In this document: piece after piece, positions 1 to 11,940 of the stretch
Position numbering within the stretch: the stretch's first letter is position 1
How the letters are laid out: each line of letters opens with the position of its first letter
Source: Octopus bimaculoides
Lineage: Eukaryota
Direction: 5' to 3'
Length of the DNA: 64,000 nt
Assembly (NCBI RefSeq): GCF_001194135.2
Contig: NC_068981.1
Span: 33,356,375-33,420,374, forward strand
Notes under the pieces: generated by a model
Databases searched by the model: none
Told to the model about the DNA's origin: nothing
Seen by the model: only the letters and a program-made list of their open reading frames with translations
Position numbers and translations under genes: made by a program

Positions 1-135
1 CCACCAAGGTTCACTTTGCCTTTCATCCTCATAGGTCAATAAAATAAGTACCAGTTGAGCACTGAGGTTGATGTAATCAATTTATCCACTTCTCTCAAAA
101 CTGTTGGTCTTGTACCAAAATTAGAAAGAAAAGAT
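1..135 (+). mobile_element. SINE family B fragment (body and tail)
   Basis: CACTTTGCCTTTCATCC...AATAAGTACCAGTTGAGCACTG...CTTGTACCAAAATTAGAAA matches copies at 26585-26754, 45965-46180 and 54010-54300; followed by a TTG/CTG-rich tail. Confidence 0.7.
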
Positions 136-924
136 ATTATTGTTGTTGCTGCTGCTGTCGGTGTTGCAGTGTTTATCCAAAACTATTTCATGTTTCATCA
201 GTCTGTTCTAAGAATAGGACATAATTTTTTTCCCTTAATCTTCATTCAATAATATTGAGTTTGTGTTTTTTTTTTATTCTTACACAATCTCCATCCTACC
301 CATTAGACATCAACAAAAATTAATCTTCAGAACTTTATCTAATTTGATTTAAGCAGTATGGTAGTAGTTTTCCAAGTTGATAAACCAAACATATTTATCA
401 ATGGTAGAATTAAAACCATATTGTCATATATTCTTTCAATAATAGATTACAGCTATAATTTGAAGGAAAACTAAGACTTAAAATGCAAAGGAGTCAGAGA
501 AGAGAAAGAAATCGATGATGTTTTTTTTTCTCTCTGTTGAAATATTTAGTAGTCACTAAAAATAAAGTATTAAAAATTAACTTATAACTGCTTAGTGTTT
601 AACACACACAAAAATAAATTAAATTAAATATGTCAGTTCAAAAGCAAAAACTGAAATGTTGAATCTAGCAGAAACAACATTAATACTGTGAGTGGTGTAA
701 GTCCATCAAGTTTGAGGAGCAGAGAGCATTTGTATGGAAATATTATCACACATTTGTGTGCGCCAAAAGTAACAGATTGTAAGCAGAAAAAAAAACAAAA
801 CATGCTGAATGAAAATTTGATCTGTTAGAATGCTTCAATACACATAGAATCAATATGGTGATATTTAAGAGCCATTTTGCAGAAAAATTTACTCTTTATT
901 ATTTAATGGTTAAATATATTATCA

Positions 925-1352
925 TTCTCATCATTTAACAACCCCATTTCCAAGTATGCATGGGTCAGACAGAATTTGTTGAGGTAGATTTTTCTGCAGC
1001 TGAATGCCCTTCTTGTCACTAACCTTCACTTATTTCCAAGAAAGGTAATATTTCTGATGGCCTGATATAAATGCTAGAAACAAAGAACACTACTTGTATG
1101 ACAGTGATGCTCATTTACAAGCACGTGATGTCAAGACAAGGGTACATACAAACTCATTCATGCACACATACACATAAACTTGTATATATGAAAAGATTCT
1201 TTCAGTTTCTACCTACTAAATTCAGTCACAAAGCTTTTGGTCAGCCGGGGTCTATAGAAGGAAACACTTGCCCAAGGTGCCACACAGTGGGACTGAACCC
1301 AAGATCATATATGTGGTTAGGAAGCAAGCTTCTTAACCAAACAGCCAGACCT
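925..1352 (-). mobile_element. tRNA-derived SINE family A with RTE-like 3' tail
   Basis: On the minus strand: tRNA-like head, CCTTGGGCAAGTGT..., microsatellite hinge, then a tail ending CCCATGCATACTTGGAAATGG..TTAAATGATGA. Same architecture at 3425-3870, 6665-7070 and 55000-55335. Confidence 0.8.
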
Positions 1353-1447
1353 GAGTCAGGATACAATTTGCTGTTTTGGCATGGTTTCTATGGCCGGATT
1401 GCTTTCCTAATACCACCCATTTAACAGAGTATACCAGGAGCTTTAAA

Positions 1448-1602
1448 GGCACCAGTGCTTTATACATGGTACCAGCACAAGTGCTTATTATGTGGCACCA
1501 GCATGATTGCTTTTCATGTGGCACCAGCACGGATGCTTTTTATGTGATACTAGCATCAGGGCATTTTATGTGGCACCAGCATGAGGGCATTTTATGTTGC
1601 AC
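1448..1602 (-). repeat. 26-bp minisatellite (6 units) inside an RTE 3'UTR remnant
   Basis: GGCACCAGC-type motif recurs at 1468, 1494, 1520, 1546, 1572 and 1598 (period 26); unit roughly GTGCTTTTATGTGGCACCAGCA. Confidence 0.85.
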
Positions 1603-3424
1603 AAACACATATATACATATCTATATATATATATGATGGGCTTCATGTAGTTTCTGTCTGCCAAATTCATTTGGCTAATCTGAGACTGTAGAAGGAGACA
1701 CTTGCTCAAAGTGTCACACAATGGAACTGAATCTGAAACCGTGTGGTTGGGAAGCAGGCTTCTTAACCTCACAGCCATGACTACACCATCAATAGCAAGA
1801 AAAGTATATTTAATAGCAACAGGGAAAAAAATGATTAAATTAATGGTAGGTGAGAAATGTTTTTGTTCTGAGTTATTCATAGTTATTCAATATCATCTCC
1901 AATCATTCTACTTGATCTAGTAGTTCATCTAGAAACAGAATGATTAAGGAAGAAATTGAGAAACTATGTCAAAATTGCAAAAGGTAACACGTATTGCTGT
2001 ATATGTACAGTAAACAAATAAAGGAATAGTGATTTTAAAAATAGTCTTACATCAATGTGTAGTAATTTGACTTGTTTTATATTTGTATGAGTTGAATAGA
2101 TTGCCAAGAAATACTATAGTCAATAAAAAATACAACGAAAATAGAGTTCATATCTGTGTTAAGGACAATATTAAGAGAAACAGATTATAAATGATTAAAA
2201 GAAAAATAACAATAGATAACAGTATATTTTGTATACATATCAAAACATACAGGATGTATTGAATTAATGGATAAATCTGAAATCTAAAATTATTGATATG
2301 CTCAGAATCAGAGCCAAAAATCAATCAAGATATTTTTTTTAAAGTTTCCATTTCTAATATAATCGAAAAAAAATAAAATAAAATGAAATGCAAAAAAAGA
2401 AAGAAAAAAAGAGCCAGCTTATCAAAAGTAACCCATATTCTCTACACTGATAGAGTTTTTTTGCTGATTAATTTGGTATTGAGGAAAATACAACACTAAA
2501 ATCTAAATATAACTTGACTAGATGTTTAATTATATATGTCTTCATCTATTTTATTAACTTTGGCTAATTTGTGAGCATTTTCAGGCAATCGTTATTAATT
2601 ACTGACTTGAAATTTCAAGTAACATATTTTAACCTGTTTTTTAAATACATTATTCTAAAAATATAAGCTGTTTGGTTAAAGTTGGAAATTCTGTTATATT
2701 ATCATTTCTTTGGAGTTAAGGTCCAAAAGATATGTTTGTAGCTCTTTTTGCATTTATTACAATGAACTCATAAAAACAAATTTCTCTTGTTTTCACCATT
2801 TTAGATCTAGGATAATCTCTTAAGAAGTAATTCTTACAAGTTTGCTTTTTTTTTATATTTAAAGAAGACATAAATCCCACAGTCTACAGGGTATTAGCAG
2901 GTGAAGTGAGAACAGTTCATTCTATCCCATGTACTACTACATTGCTTTCCTGGAAAATGTCCCTAGCTTTTAAGAGCCTTATATATCTATATCTATGAAG
3001 GTCATATTGTATTGACAGGACAATTATGCAAGTAGCTTGCAATTCTTTCTATTAGCAATTGATCAGAAATTAAGAAGGTTAATTACACATGAGTTTAAGC
3101 AAGTTTGAACATCTGTTGCAGTTTGATATATTTCAATGACAAAAAATGAAATATTAACTGTCACAAAGTATTGCCTAAGAATATTGCTGCTGTGAGAGGA
3201 AGATAAGAGAATATATTTAATAAATTTGAAAATTAAAAGTATTTTACTAATCCTTAATCTCTTAAGAGACAGTAATCTCCCATATTATTCTTGTATTCCA
3301 TTATATTTTGTAGCTTTAATTCTCCAAAGATGGCAAAGCCTTGTCACTAAACTTTCACTCTGTTACAATGATTTATATCAAGTCACTAGCTCATTCCTAA
3401 ACCACATTTTAATTTCACTAATTT

Positions 3425-3870
3425 CATCATTATCTTCATCATTTAATGTTCACTTTTCCACACTTGCATGGGTCAGACAGAATTTGTTGAGGTAACTTTT
3501 TAATACAACCACCACTTGTTTCTAAGCAAGGCAATATTCCCCATGGTGTGACATATATTTTACAAAAGGCAACATCACATCTATAATGATGATGATGCAC
3601 ATTTACAACCATCAGATGTGTAGATACATACACACACATACATATATACCAAGCTTTCAGTTTACTTACACATACACATATATATGTATGGAAGAAGTCT
3701 GTCATATATATATATGTATGACAGGCTTCTTCCAGTTTCTGTCTACCAAGCTCACTCACAAAGCTTTGGTCAGCTCAGGGCTATAGTAGAAGAGATTTGC
3801 CCAAGGTGCAAGTAGTGGGAATGAACCCACAACCACCTGGTTGGAAAGCAAGTTTCTCAACCACACAGCC
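3425..3870 (-). mobile_element. SINE family A with RTE-like tail
   Basis: Colinear with 925-1352: tail, middle, (CA/TA)n hinge, TTCCAGTTTCTGTCTACC, GCCCAAGGTGC, tRNA-like head. Confidence 0.8.
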
Positions 3871-3946
3871 ATGTGTTTTCTACTATAGCTCTGGGCTAAT
3901 CAATGCCTTGTGAGTGAATTTGGTACATAGAACCTGTGAGGAGGCC

Positions 3947-3998
<52 letters not shown>

Positions 3999-4024
3999 AA
4001 GAGAGAGAGAGAGGGTGTGAGGGT

Positions 4025-4942
4025 GTCCCATTTTCAGAGTCAAAATTTTTCTGACTGCACCATTGTCTTGTGTGGTGCCAGTGAATGAAAAAATGAGTTA
4101 TCAAATTGACAGGGCTCTAAAACCATTTTTGTGACTATACAAGCCTCCTGAAGTTGAAAAATTGGCCATTTTTATTGTGCTTGTCTAGTGTCAAATTGAA
4201 AAGTATCCATTTAATGTTTGTTTTGTAAATCTCATGCGGATCTAAATTATGCTAGAAAATTATGGTGTAAGTGTAAATCTCATTTCTAATGACTTTATAA
4301 CAAGCTAAAAATCTTAAAATCTACTAGATGTTAAACAATTATGAATAAGAGAGAACAAGGGAACCCTTCACATGAACAAAAGGGTAAGGAACCTGAACTG
4401 CAGCCTCCTGAGTGGTTTGGAATGGCAGTTAAATGTATTTCAAATATTTCAGCAGGGTTTCCCATGCATAAGTGTTAAGTGAACAATGAACATCTAGTCA
4501 TAATATTTCCTGTTAAAAATCAGCTGAATAGGTATGTACTGAAGATTCTTCTTATAGTACAACTTGTATTATATACTTTGAAAGTATATTCAAAAATGTA
4601 TCTTGGAAAGTTGTTGTTGATTTATGATTAAAAACTATTTGACAACCATATTACATTGTGCTTGTCAGAATATCATTAAAATTAAATTAAGCACTTGCAT
4701 CATAATTTTCTAGCATAATGCAGGTCCACATGAGACTTATAAAAGAAATATTAAACAGATAGATACCTTTCAATTTGACATTAGACAAGTACAATAAAAA
4801 TGGACAATTTTTCAACTTCAGGAGGTTTGTGTAGTCACAGAAATAGTTTTAGAGCCTTGTCACTTTGTATAACTCATTTTTTTCATCCACTGGCTCAACA
4901 CAATGGTACAGTCAGAAAAAATTTTAACTTTGAAAATGGGAC
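4025..4942. mobile_element. Non-autonomous DNA element with about 185-bp terminal inverted repeats
   Basis: 4025-4210 (GTCCCATTTTCAGAGTCAAAATTTTTTCTGACTG...CCTCCTGAAGTTGAAAAATTG...GTCAAATTGAAAAGTATC) aligns end to end with the reverse complement of 4757-4942, roughly 85% identity by eye. Confidence 0.85.
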
Positions 4943-5097
4943 GTGGCTGTGTGTTAAGATGCTTGCTTCCCAATCACATGGTTCGAGGTTCAGTCCACTA
5001 CGTAGCACCCTGGGCAAGTGTCTTCAACTATAGCCTCAGGCTGACCAAAGCCTTGTGAGTGGATTTGGTAGATGGAAACTGAAAGAAGCCTGCCGTA

Positions 5098-5176
<79 letters not shown>

Positions 5177-5362
5177 GTGTGTGTATATGGTGTGTGTCTC
5201 CAGTGGCATTTCCTCCATCTTTACATTGGGTTCCTATTCCACCCAGGTCAACTTTGCCTTTCATCCTTTCAGGGTTGGTAAAATAAGTTTTGGGACTGAT
5301 AAAATCAACCTACCTGCTCCCTGGATATTGCTGGCCTTGTGCCAAAATTTGAAACCATTGTT
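4943..5362 (+). mobile_element. Composite SINE: family A head, (TA)n hinge, family B body
   Basis: GTGGCTGTGTGTTAAG (A-box-like), GGTTCAGTCC (B-box-like), (TA)n at about 5096-5170, then GGTCAACTTTGCCTTTCATCC...CCTTGTGCCAAAATTTGAAACC. Confidence 0.8.
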
Positions 5363-5956
5363 TTCTCTAATAAAGGGTCCTGCATGAAACTTTAGAATTT
5401 CTATTTTATCCCAGCAGAGAAAAATTATTTCATTTGTGAACATCATTGAACTTTGCTGACACACACCAATTAGATTCCACCAATTAACAATTATTTTGCA
5501 GTGTATTAAAATTATTTTAACATGAAATGCACTGAATAAGAAATAAAAGAACATAAGTTTCAGAGCTTCAGTTAAAAGTAAAATCCTGAGAAATATATTG
5601 GTAGAAATATATCAGAGACAAAGTACTCAAAAAAAAAGTTATATCATAAATTAACAGATATCACATTTGAAATTACTGACAGTATACATTGATTTTATTG
5701 AATAAAGAGATTATAAACTACTATGGAGATTGTTACTTAATCTGCTATCAATACAAATAATTGTGTGTGTATGTACACATCTACATACGTGTTCATATCT
5801 ATGTTTATATGTGTGTATGTGTGCATGCATGTGTATCTCACACATGTATATATGTATACTTATATACATTTATTGATGGTAGATTAGGAGACAAACTGCA
5901 ACATAGTTTAAAATCTATTTGTTCAAGGAAACTGATGTTAACCACATCATTATCAT

Positions 5957-5994
<38 letters not shown>

Positions 5995-5995
<1 letters not shown>

Positions 5996-6235
5996 ACTGG
6001 CATTCCGTCTGTTACGATGACAAGAGTTCCTGTTGATCCGATCAATGGAACAGCCAGCTTGTGAAATTAACATGCAAGTGGTGGAGCACTCCACAAACAC
6101 ATGTACTCTTAACGTAGTTCTCAGGGAGATTCAGCATGACACAGAATGTGACAAGGCTGGACCTTTGAAATACAGGTACAATTCATTTTTGCCAGCTGAG
6201 TGGAGTGGAGTAATGTGAAATAAAGTATCTTGCTG
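5995..6235 (-). mobile_element. SINE family C body (head missing)
   Basis: GTTGATCCGATCAATGGAACAGCC...GAGCACTCCACAAACACATGTACTCTTAACGTAGTTCTC...TGTGACAAGGCTG aligns with 11556-11750. Confidence 0.8.
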
Positions 6236-6441
6236 TGAAAAAATAACTGTTAAAATCGAACTGCATTCTTCAAAACTTGCACTAAGAATAAGGACAAGGT
6301 AAAATTACTACCTTTTATAGCAAGTTGATACAGGTAGTTTATCCCATCCCCTTCTGTCTTTTAGTTCATGCAATTGAAAAAACCGCATTATTTGGGAGAT
6401 GACCTAATATATATATATATTGTTGCATTTCGGAGTAGTAG

Positions 6442-6568
6442 TTTTTTTTTTTTTTTGTCAAATAAACATGCACAATATATTCATTTTTCACTCTCATTTA
6501 TAAATGAGTAAAGACGAATGAAGAATGAATATATAGTACATGTGTTTATTTGGCAAAAAAAAAAAAAA
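6442..6568. repeat. Imperfect palindrome with poly-T and poly-A ends
   Basis: T15-GTCAAATAAACATGCACAATATATTCAT...CTCATTTA|TAAATGAG...ATGAATATATAGTACATGTGTTTATTTGGC-A14; centre at 6500/6501. Confidence 0.75.
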
Positions 6569-6664
6569 TGACCATCCTGAAATTCAATATCTGTTTCAAT
6601 GCACAACTTCACATCAGGAATCTTGCAACACAAATTCAGAAATACACACACACACACACACCCA

Positions 6665-7070
6665 CACACATATCATCATCATCATCATCATTATTTTAAG
6701 TCCACTTTTCCTTGCTTGCACAGATTGGACAGAATTTGTTAAGGTGCATTTTTTATGGCCAGATACCCTTTTGGTCACCAACCCTAACTTATTTCCAACT
6801 AAGGTCTCCCCAAGATCAGACATGTTTACATAAAAGACTAATAATGAAGAATACTGCCTATATGATATCAAGGCAAGAAGACAAAAACACACCATATACA
6901 CATACATATATACACATACATATATACACATACAACAAGCTTCTTTCAGCATCTGTCAAAAAAATCCGCTCACAAGGCTTTAGTTGAACCAGCAGACACT
7001 TGCTCAAACTACCACTCAGTGGGAATGAACCCAAAGCCATGTAATTGAGAAGCATTCTTCTTATCACAGA
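6665..7070 (-). mobile_element. SINE family A with RTE-like tail
   Basis: Starts at (ATC)n; same module order as 925-1352. Confidence 0.75.
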
Positions 7071-7256
7071 GCTGCATTAATATGTATATAGGTATACCTC
7101 ACCCTACATTGTTAATTGGTTCCAGGAGACACGATTTAAGTCGAAAAATGACTTGAGTCGAATTAATTTGTCTCTAGGCCAGGCTAGGCCAAATTTACTT
7201 GTCTCTAGGCTAAACTGATAATAACCAATCCCAGTTCTGTACTTTATTTATGAATG

Positions 7257-7880
7257 CATCACTGGAACTGTAAAAATCTGTAAAACTTTCCAGAAGTTTA
7301 TCATTTATATATATATATGAGCATGTCTAGATATGCAACTATATGCATGAGAATACATACATAAAACAAAACATACAAATCTGGACATATACATACATAC
7401 ATACATACATACATACAAACAAACAAAAATACTCTGTTTTTGATGTTGAAATTCCAATGAAGGAGACTTGGATCTAGGTTAGAAACCGGTTCTTTCTCTA
7501 TTGGCAAGAAATCTTGAAATAAAATTAAATAATGACATACATACATACATACATACATACATGCATGCATGCATGCATGCATACATACATATCCATCACT
7601 GGAACTGCAAAAAATCTGTAAAACTTTCCAGAAGTTTCTCATTTAAATATGTATGAGCATGTCTAGATATGCAACTATATGCATGAGAATACATACATAA
7701 AACATAAAAATCTGCACATACATACCTACATACATACAAACAAAAATACCATGTTGTTGATGTTGAAATTCCAATAAAGGAGCCTTGGATCTAGATTAGA
7801 AACCGGTTCTTTCTCTATTGGAAACAAATCTTGAAATAAACCAAATAATGACATACACACACACACATACATACATGTAT
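7257..7880 (+). repeat. Tandem duplication, period 337 bp
   Basis: CATCACTGGAACTG at 7257 and 7594. Both units carry GAGCATGTCTAGATATGCAACTATATGCATGAGAATACATACAT and TTGATGTTGAAATTCCAAT..GGATCTAG..TAGAAACCGGTTCTTTCTCTATTGG, followed by (CATA)n. Confidence 0.95.
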
Positions 7881-8682
7881 GTGAATAAATAAGAAATATT
7901 TTGAAGATATTTTTACATAGATTTTCATTTGACAGATGACAATTTTATTTCAAGGAGAAGAGATAATATGCTTTATATGAAGATTTTTTTCCTTCTGAAC
8001 AACATATTTTGGATTTTATAAAAGAAACATATGTAGACAGGAAATTACAGAATAATATTGGAATCTGAAAAACAAAAAACATTAGATCTTCTTTGATAAT
8101 CACTGAAATACTGACTCAACAAAATAGACTGAAGTAACATAATTTATTTCAGTAACCAGGTACAGACATAGTTGTGTGGCTTATATAAGCTTGCTTAGCA
8201 TGTTGCATCAAGTTTGATTTCATTGCATAGCACATTGAGCAAATGTCTTCTGCAAAAAGCTTGGGTCACCCAAGGTCTTCTGTGAGAAATTTTGTAGAGA
8301 TGAAAAATTGCTGAAGTGACTATTCCTCTTCTTATGAGGTAGACTTAATTCACCATCTGATTTAGTACCACCACCACCATGTCTAGATGGTATCATTGTT
8401 AACTGGTAAGGTAACAAGAACTATAAACTATTACATAAGTAAGCGGATTGTACTAAACGAAGAAAATAACAGGAGGAAGTTAAACGGTCCAGTGATTTTC
8501 AAAATAGATATAAGGCCAGAAAATCTAGTGGAGGATACAGTTGAGTAAAATCAACTTCAGTACCTAAATGGTACTTATTTTAACGATCATAAAATATGAA
8601 AAGGAAAGTCAGCTTCAGCAATCACAAAGCATTTAATCAGATAAGTCACTATTCTATTTCTACCACTCACCTTTCTTGAATC

Positions 8683-8822
8683 AAACAATTAAATTTAATG
8701 AACCAAAAGATTGATGGACTAAACAATGAAATCTAATGTAACCAAACATTAATGGAGTTAATGATGAAATTTGATTGATCAAGCTTAATGGACAAAACAA
8801 TGGAATTTAATGATCCAAATAA
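8683..8822 (+). repeat. Degenerate 37-38-bp minisatellite (about 4 units)
   Basis: AAACAAT(G/T)(A/G)AAT(T/C)TAATG units at 8683, 8721, about 8759 and 8795. Confidence 0.6.
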
Positions 8823-8829
8823 TGAAAGA

Positions 8830-9300
8830 AGGTTGATGCAAGAGCTGTAAAGAAGATAATACAAATTGAGTTTGTGTGAGAATGAATAACTGCAAGTTTC
8901 AGATATCTACTGAGATTATTTCAAAAGAATGTGGAGAAGAAAAAGACATTTTATAAAGCCCTATGTTCTGTAACTTAGTAAGCAATGAATAAGCTTGACA
9001 TGTATTGTGAGAGAATTATTCCCACTATGCATATAGGGACTAAAAGTGGGGTGGAAATTGTATGTGTGTAGGGATTGAAAGTGTGGTGCAATTCATTGAA
9101 TATTTAAAGGAATTTAAGAATCAGTTAAGTGTCTGTTAAGGTTCTGTCCTTCGCCCACTACTCTTGAGAACTGCTTTTAAAAAACACTATGAAGGTTATT
9201 TGAGGAAGTTTCTTGATATTATTTCAAAATAGATCTAGAAGCTTCAAAAGAAGCTAAATATACAAAAAGGGGCTCAAAACTCAAGTTCAATTTGGCCAAA
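8830..9300 (+). mobile_element. Highly decayed RTE-clade RT remnant
   Basis: GGT TCT GTC CTT CGC CCA CTA CTC (GSVL.PLL, 9140-9163) resembles the QGSVLSPLLF motif of non-LTR RTs; the flanks are only weakly recognisable. Confidence 0.45.
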
Positions 9301-11555
9301 AGTAAGAAGTAGTAACATTATACATTGTCCCTTTGATAAATATCTAAGTTTCTAGAACTGAAAAAAAAAAAAAAAAATCAAATTAATTGAACAGTAGATA
9401 TCCAGATGGCTTTAGAGTGCTAATATTGACTAAATTAGATAACTATAATTTAATTTTAATCATTAAATGTCATAAAGGACTGAGGAATATTATCTGTTTG
9501 TTTAGGTTTGAATTAAATCAACTGGTTCAGGAGACATGTTAATATGCCTTTCGGGTCATACTTTAACAATTAATGATTTGTAATTATAATAATTAAAATA
9601 AACATTGAATAATATCCTCAAATTAAAACCTTCAAATTACCATTACGCTGTAATTTTCAACGGCTCTAATGTCAAAGTAAAACACTAGTTCATTTCTACA
9701 ATGTGATAAAAATCTTTTTGAACATGCTCTTCTTAATTAACATACTTGACAATCAATCACTCCTGAACTAGCAAGGCTACAGTTTTAAATACAACATTGA
9801 ATGTATTGCCAAATAAAATGTACTTTACAATATTTCTTACAAATGAAATTCACAACAGTTTCAATTTCTAGTCAGAACAGCTACAATTACTGTCTAATTA
9901 ATGTTTTCAGGAATGAATGAGTTCATCAATTTCTGTCTCTCTCTCGGGATGTTAAGCTTTCATGTCAGTTTAGTAGAATCATTTTTTTTTTCCTTCTTGT
10001 AAAACTATACTAAATGTGTATCAAATCAAAAGGCAAAATCATTATGATGAAGAAAACCAATTTTATGTTAACCAAATCCATACCAAATAAGAAAATGAGA
10101 CTGAAACAAGCAAAATCAAAATCTGATTTTTGTTTTTCTTTTTATTTGTTTTTTTTTTTAAAATAATTCAAACCAATGTTTGTTTTGCTTTATTTTGTTT
10201 TTATTGTGTTGCATTAGTGTCAATCTTTCAAACAGAAGAAATATTTTGAAGTAGATAAATGTCAAGTGTCATATGAATGTAATAACACTTTTCCAGTAAA
10301 GCTTTTAGATTTATGATGAGCAACTATGAATCCACACCTTTCTGTTTTAGTGGAACATGACTGGCATAAGTAAATATGACTTTAAAGTCAAATGTATAAT
10401 GAATCAGATATCTGATTAGATGTAAAATAATATACATATCCACTTTTTTTTCAGACAAAAATATTCCATTTATCCATTTGCCTTCTATTTTCGTCCATTT
10501 GTGAATGTATGAAGTTAAATCAATAATACAACAGCACTGCATAGATTTTTCTCCACCTAGAAGCAACATTATGTCTAAGAACAAATTTACAACTTCACTC
10601 AAAAATTTATCATTTATATTTACATCAGCCTATATAAAATTTGAGGCAATTCAGGAAAACAAAATTGTATTGTTTTCTGATAGTTAGTATCAAGAGATCT
10701 AAAAGCACTGAATAAGATATTAGCCCTAGTAATATTAATCAATGTAGATCAATATAACAAGAATATTTTGAAACAAAAACAGCTACAAGACTCAAGACTT
10801 GCTATAAATTTTATTGTGTTTTTCTTCAACAAACATTTCCTAATACTGACACCATTAAATGGGTACGGGAGGATTTTGTAAAACAGTTACAACAATAGAA
10901 TTATTGGTACAGTGGAGGCAAAAATGATTGAATAGTTTTAAAGAATAACAAATGATGACTGATGAATAGTTTTAAAGACTAGCATGCTGATGAATGGAGA
11001 TTTATATGTAACATAACTTAAATGTCAATAAGACCTAACTGCTATCACATTTCAAAATCGAACTTAGATCAAATAAGAAGTGTTATAAGAATATAAAGAA
11101 GTAAACCTTAACAATAAAAGAAAAATGTATACAAATTAAACAAGTTATATAAATGTTTAAATAAAGTAATATAGTTTAGTCCCAGGTAAACCTTGACATC
11201 CACCAGATCTATAAAATAATTAAAAACAAATCCAGCAGATACTACACCATCTTTGTAGATGTGCAAAAGAACTATGCAATAAACGTGTTTTTTCTTATAT
11301 AAGGTAGTATGGGGTGATATTGAGAAAAAAATTGGTTGCTGTTCTAGCGAGTCAGGAAACCATGTAGATACTCCCTCACATATATTCTAGTAATAATTAA
11401 AATCATGCTCTCATCAAATATGCAAATGAATACATTAACTGAGAGGAAAGAAGGTAATACACATGGCTGTCATTGCAGGTTCTTTCATATTGGTGAGATC
11501 AATACAGCTGATGTTCGGTTTGAACTTCTGAAGATTAATGTCAGCAGGAAAATAT

Positions 11556-11940
11556 TGTTGTTGTTGGCACTCCATCGCTTACGACGTCGAGGGTTCCAGT
11601 TGATCCGATGAACTGAACAGCCTGCTCATGAAATTAACGCGCAAGTGGCTGAGCACTCCACAGACACATGTACTCTTAACGTAGTTCTCGGGGATATTCA
11701 GCGTGACACAGTGTGACAAGGCTGACCCTTTGAATTACAGGCACAACAGAAACAGGAAGTAAGAGTGAGAGAAAGTTGTAGTGAAAGAGTACAGCAGGGT
11801 TCACCACCATCCCCTGCCGGAGCCTCATGGAACTTTAGGTGTTTTCTCTCAATAAACACTCACAACGCCTGGTCTGGGAATTGAAACCACGATCCTATGA
11901 CCACGAGTCCACTGCCCTAACCATTAGGCCATTGCGTCTC
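11556..11940 (-). mobile_element. Full-length tRNA-derived SINE family C with 14-bp TSD
   Basis: Minus-strand head TGGAGACGCAATGGCCTAATGGTTAGG (A box) and GGTTTCAATTCCC (B-box-like); (CAA)n tail; CAGCAGGAAAATAT repeated at 11542-11555 and 11941-11954. Confidence 0.9.

Noticed and set aside
1448-1602. CRISPR-like regular array (also 8683-8822)
   Set aside because: No unique spacers between repeats; these are plain tandem units in eukaryotic DNA
2515-2523. miR-279-like seed TGACTAGAT
   Set aside because: The rest of the mature sequence does not match and there is no hairpin
5028-5286. ORFs rich in IYIY, HTHT, CVCV or ERER (also 12558, 20497, 22259, 23093-24506, 44372, 59904)
   Set aside because: They are translations of microsatellites, which lack stops in several frames
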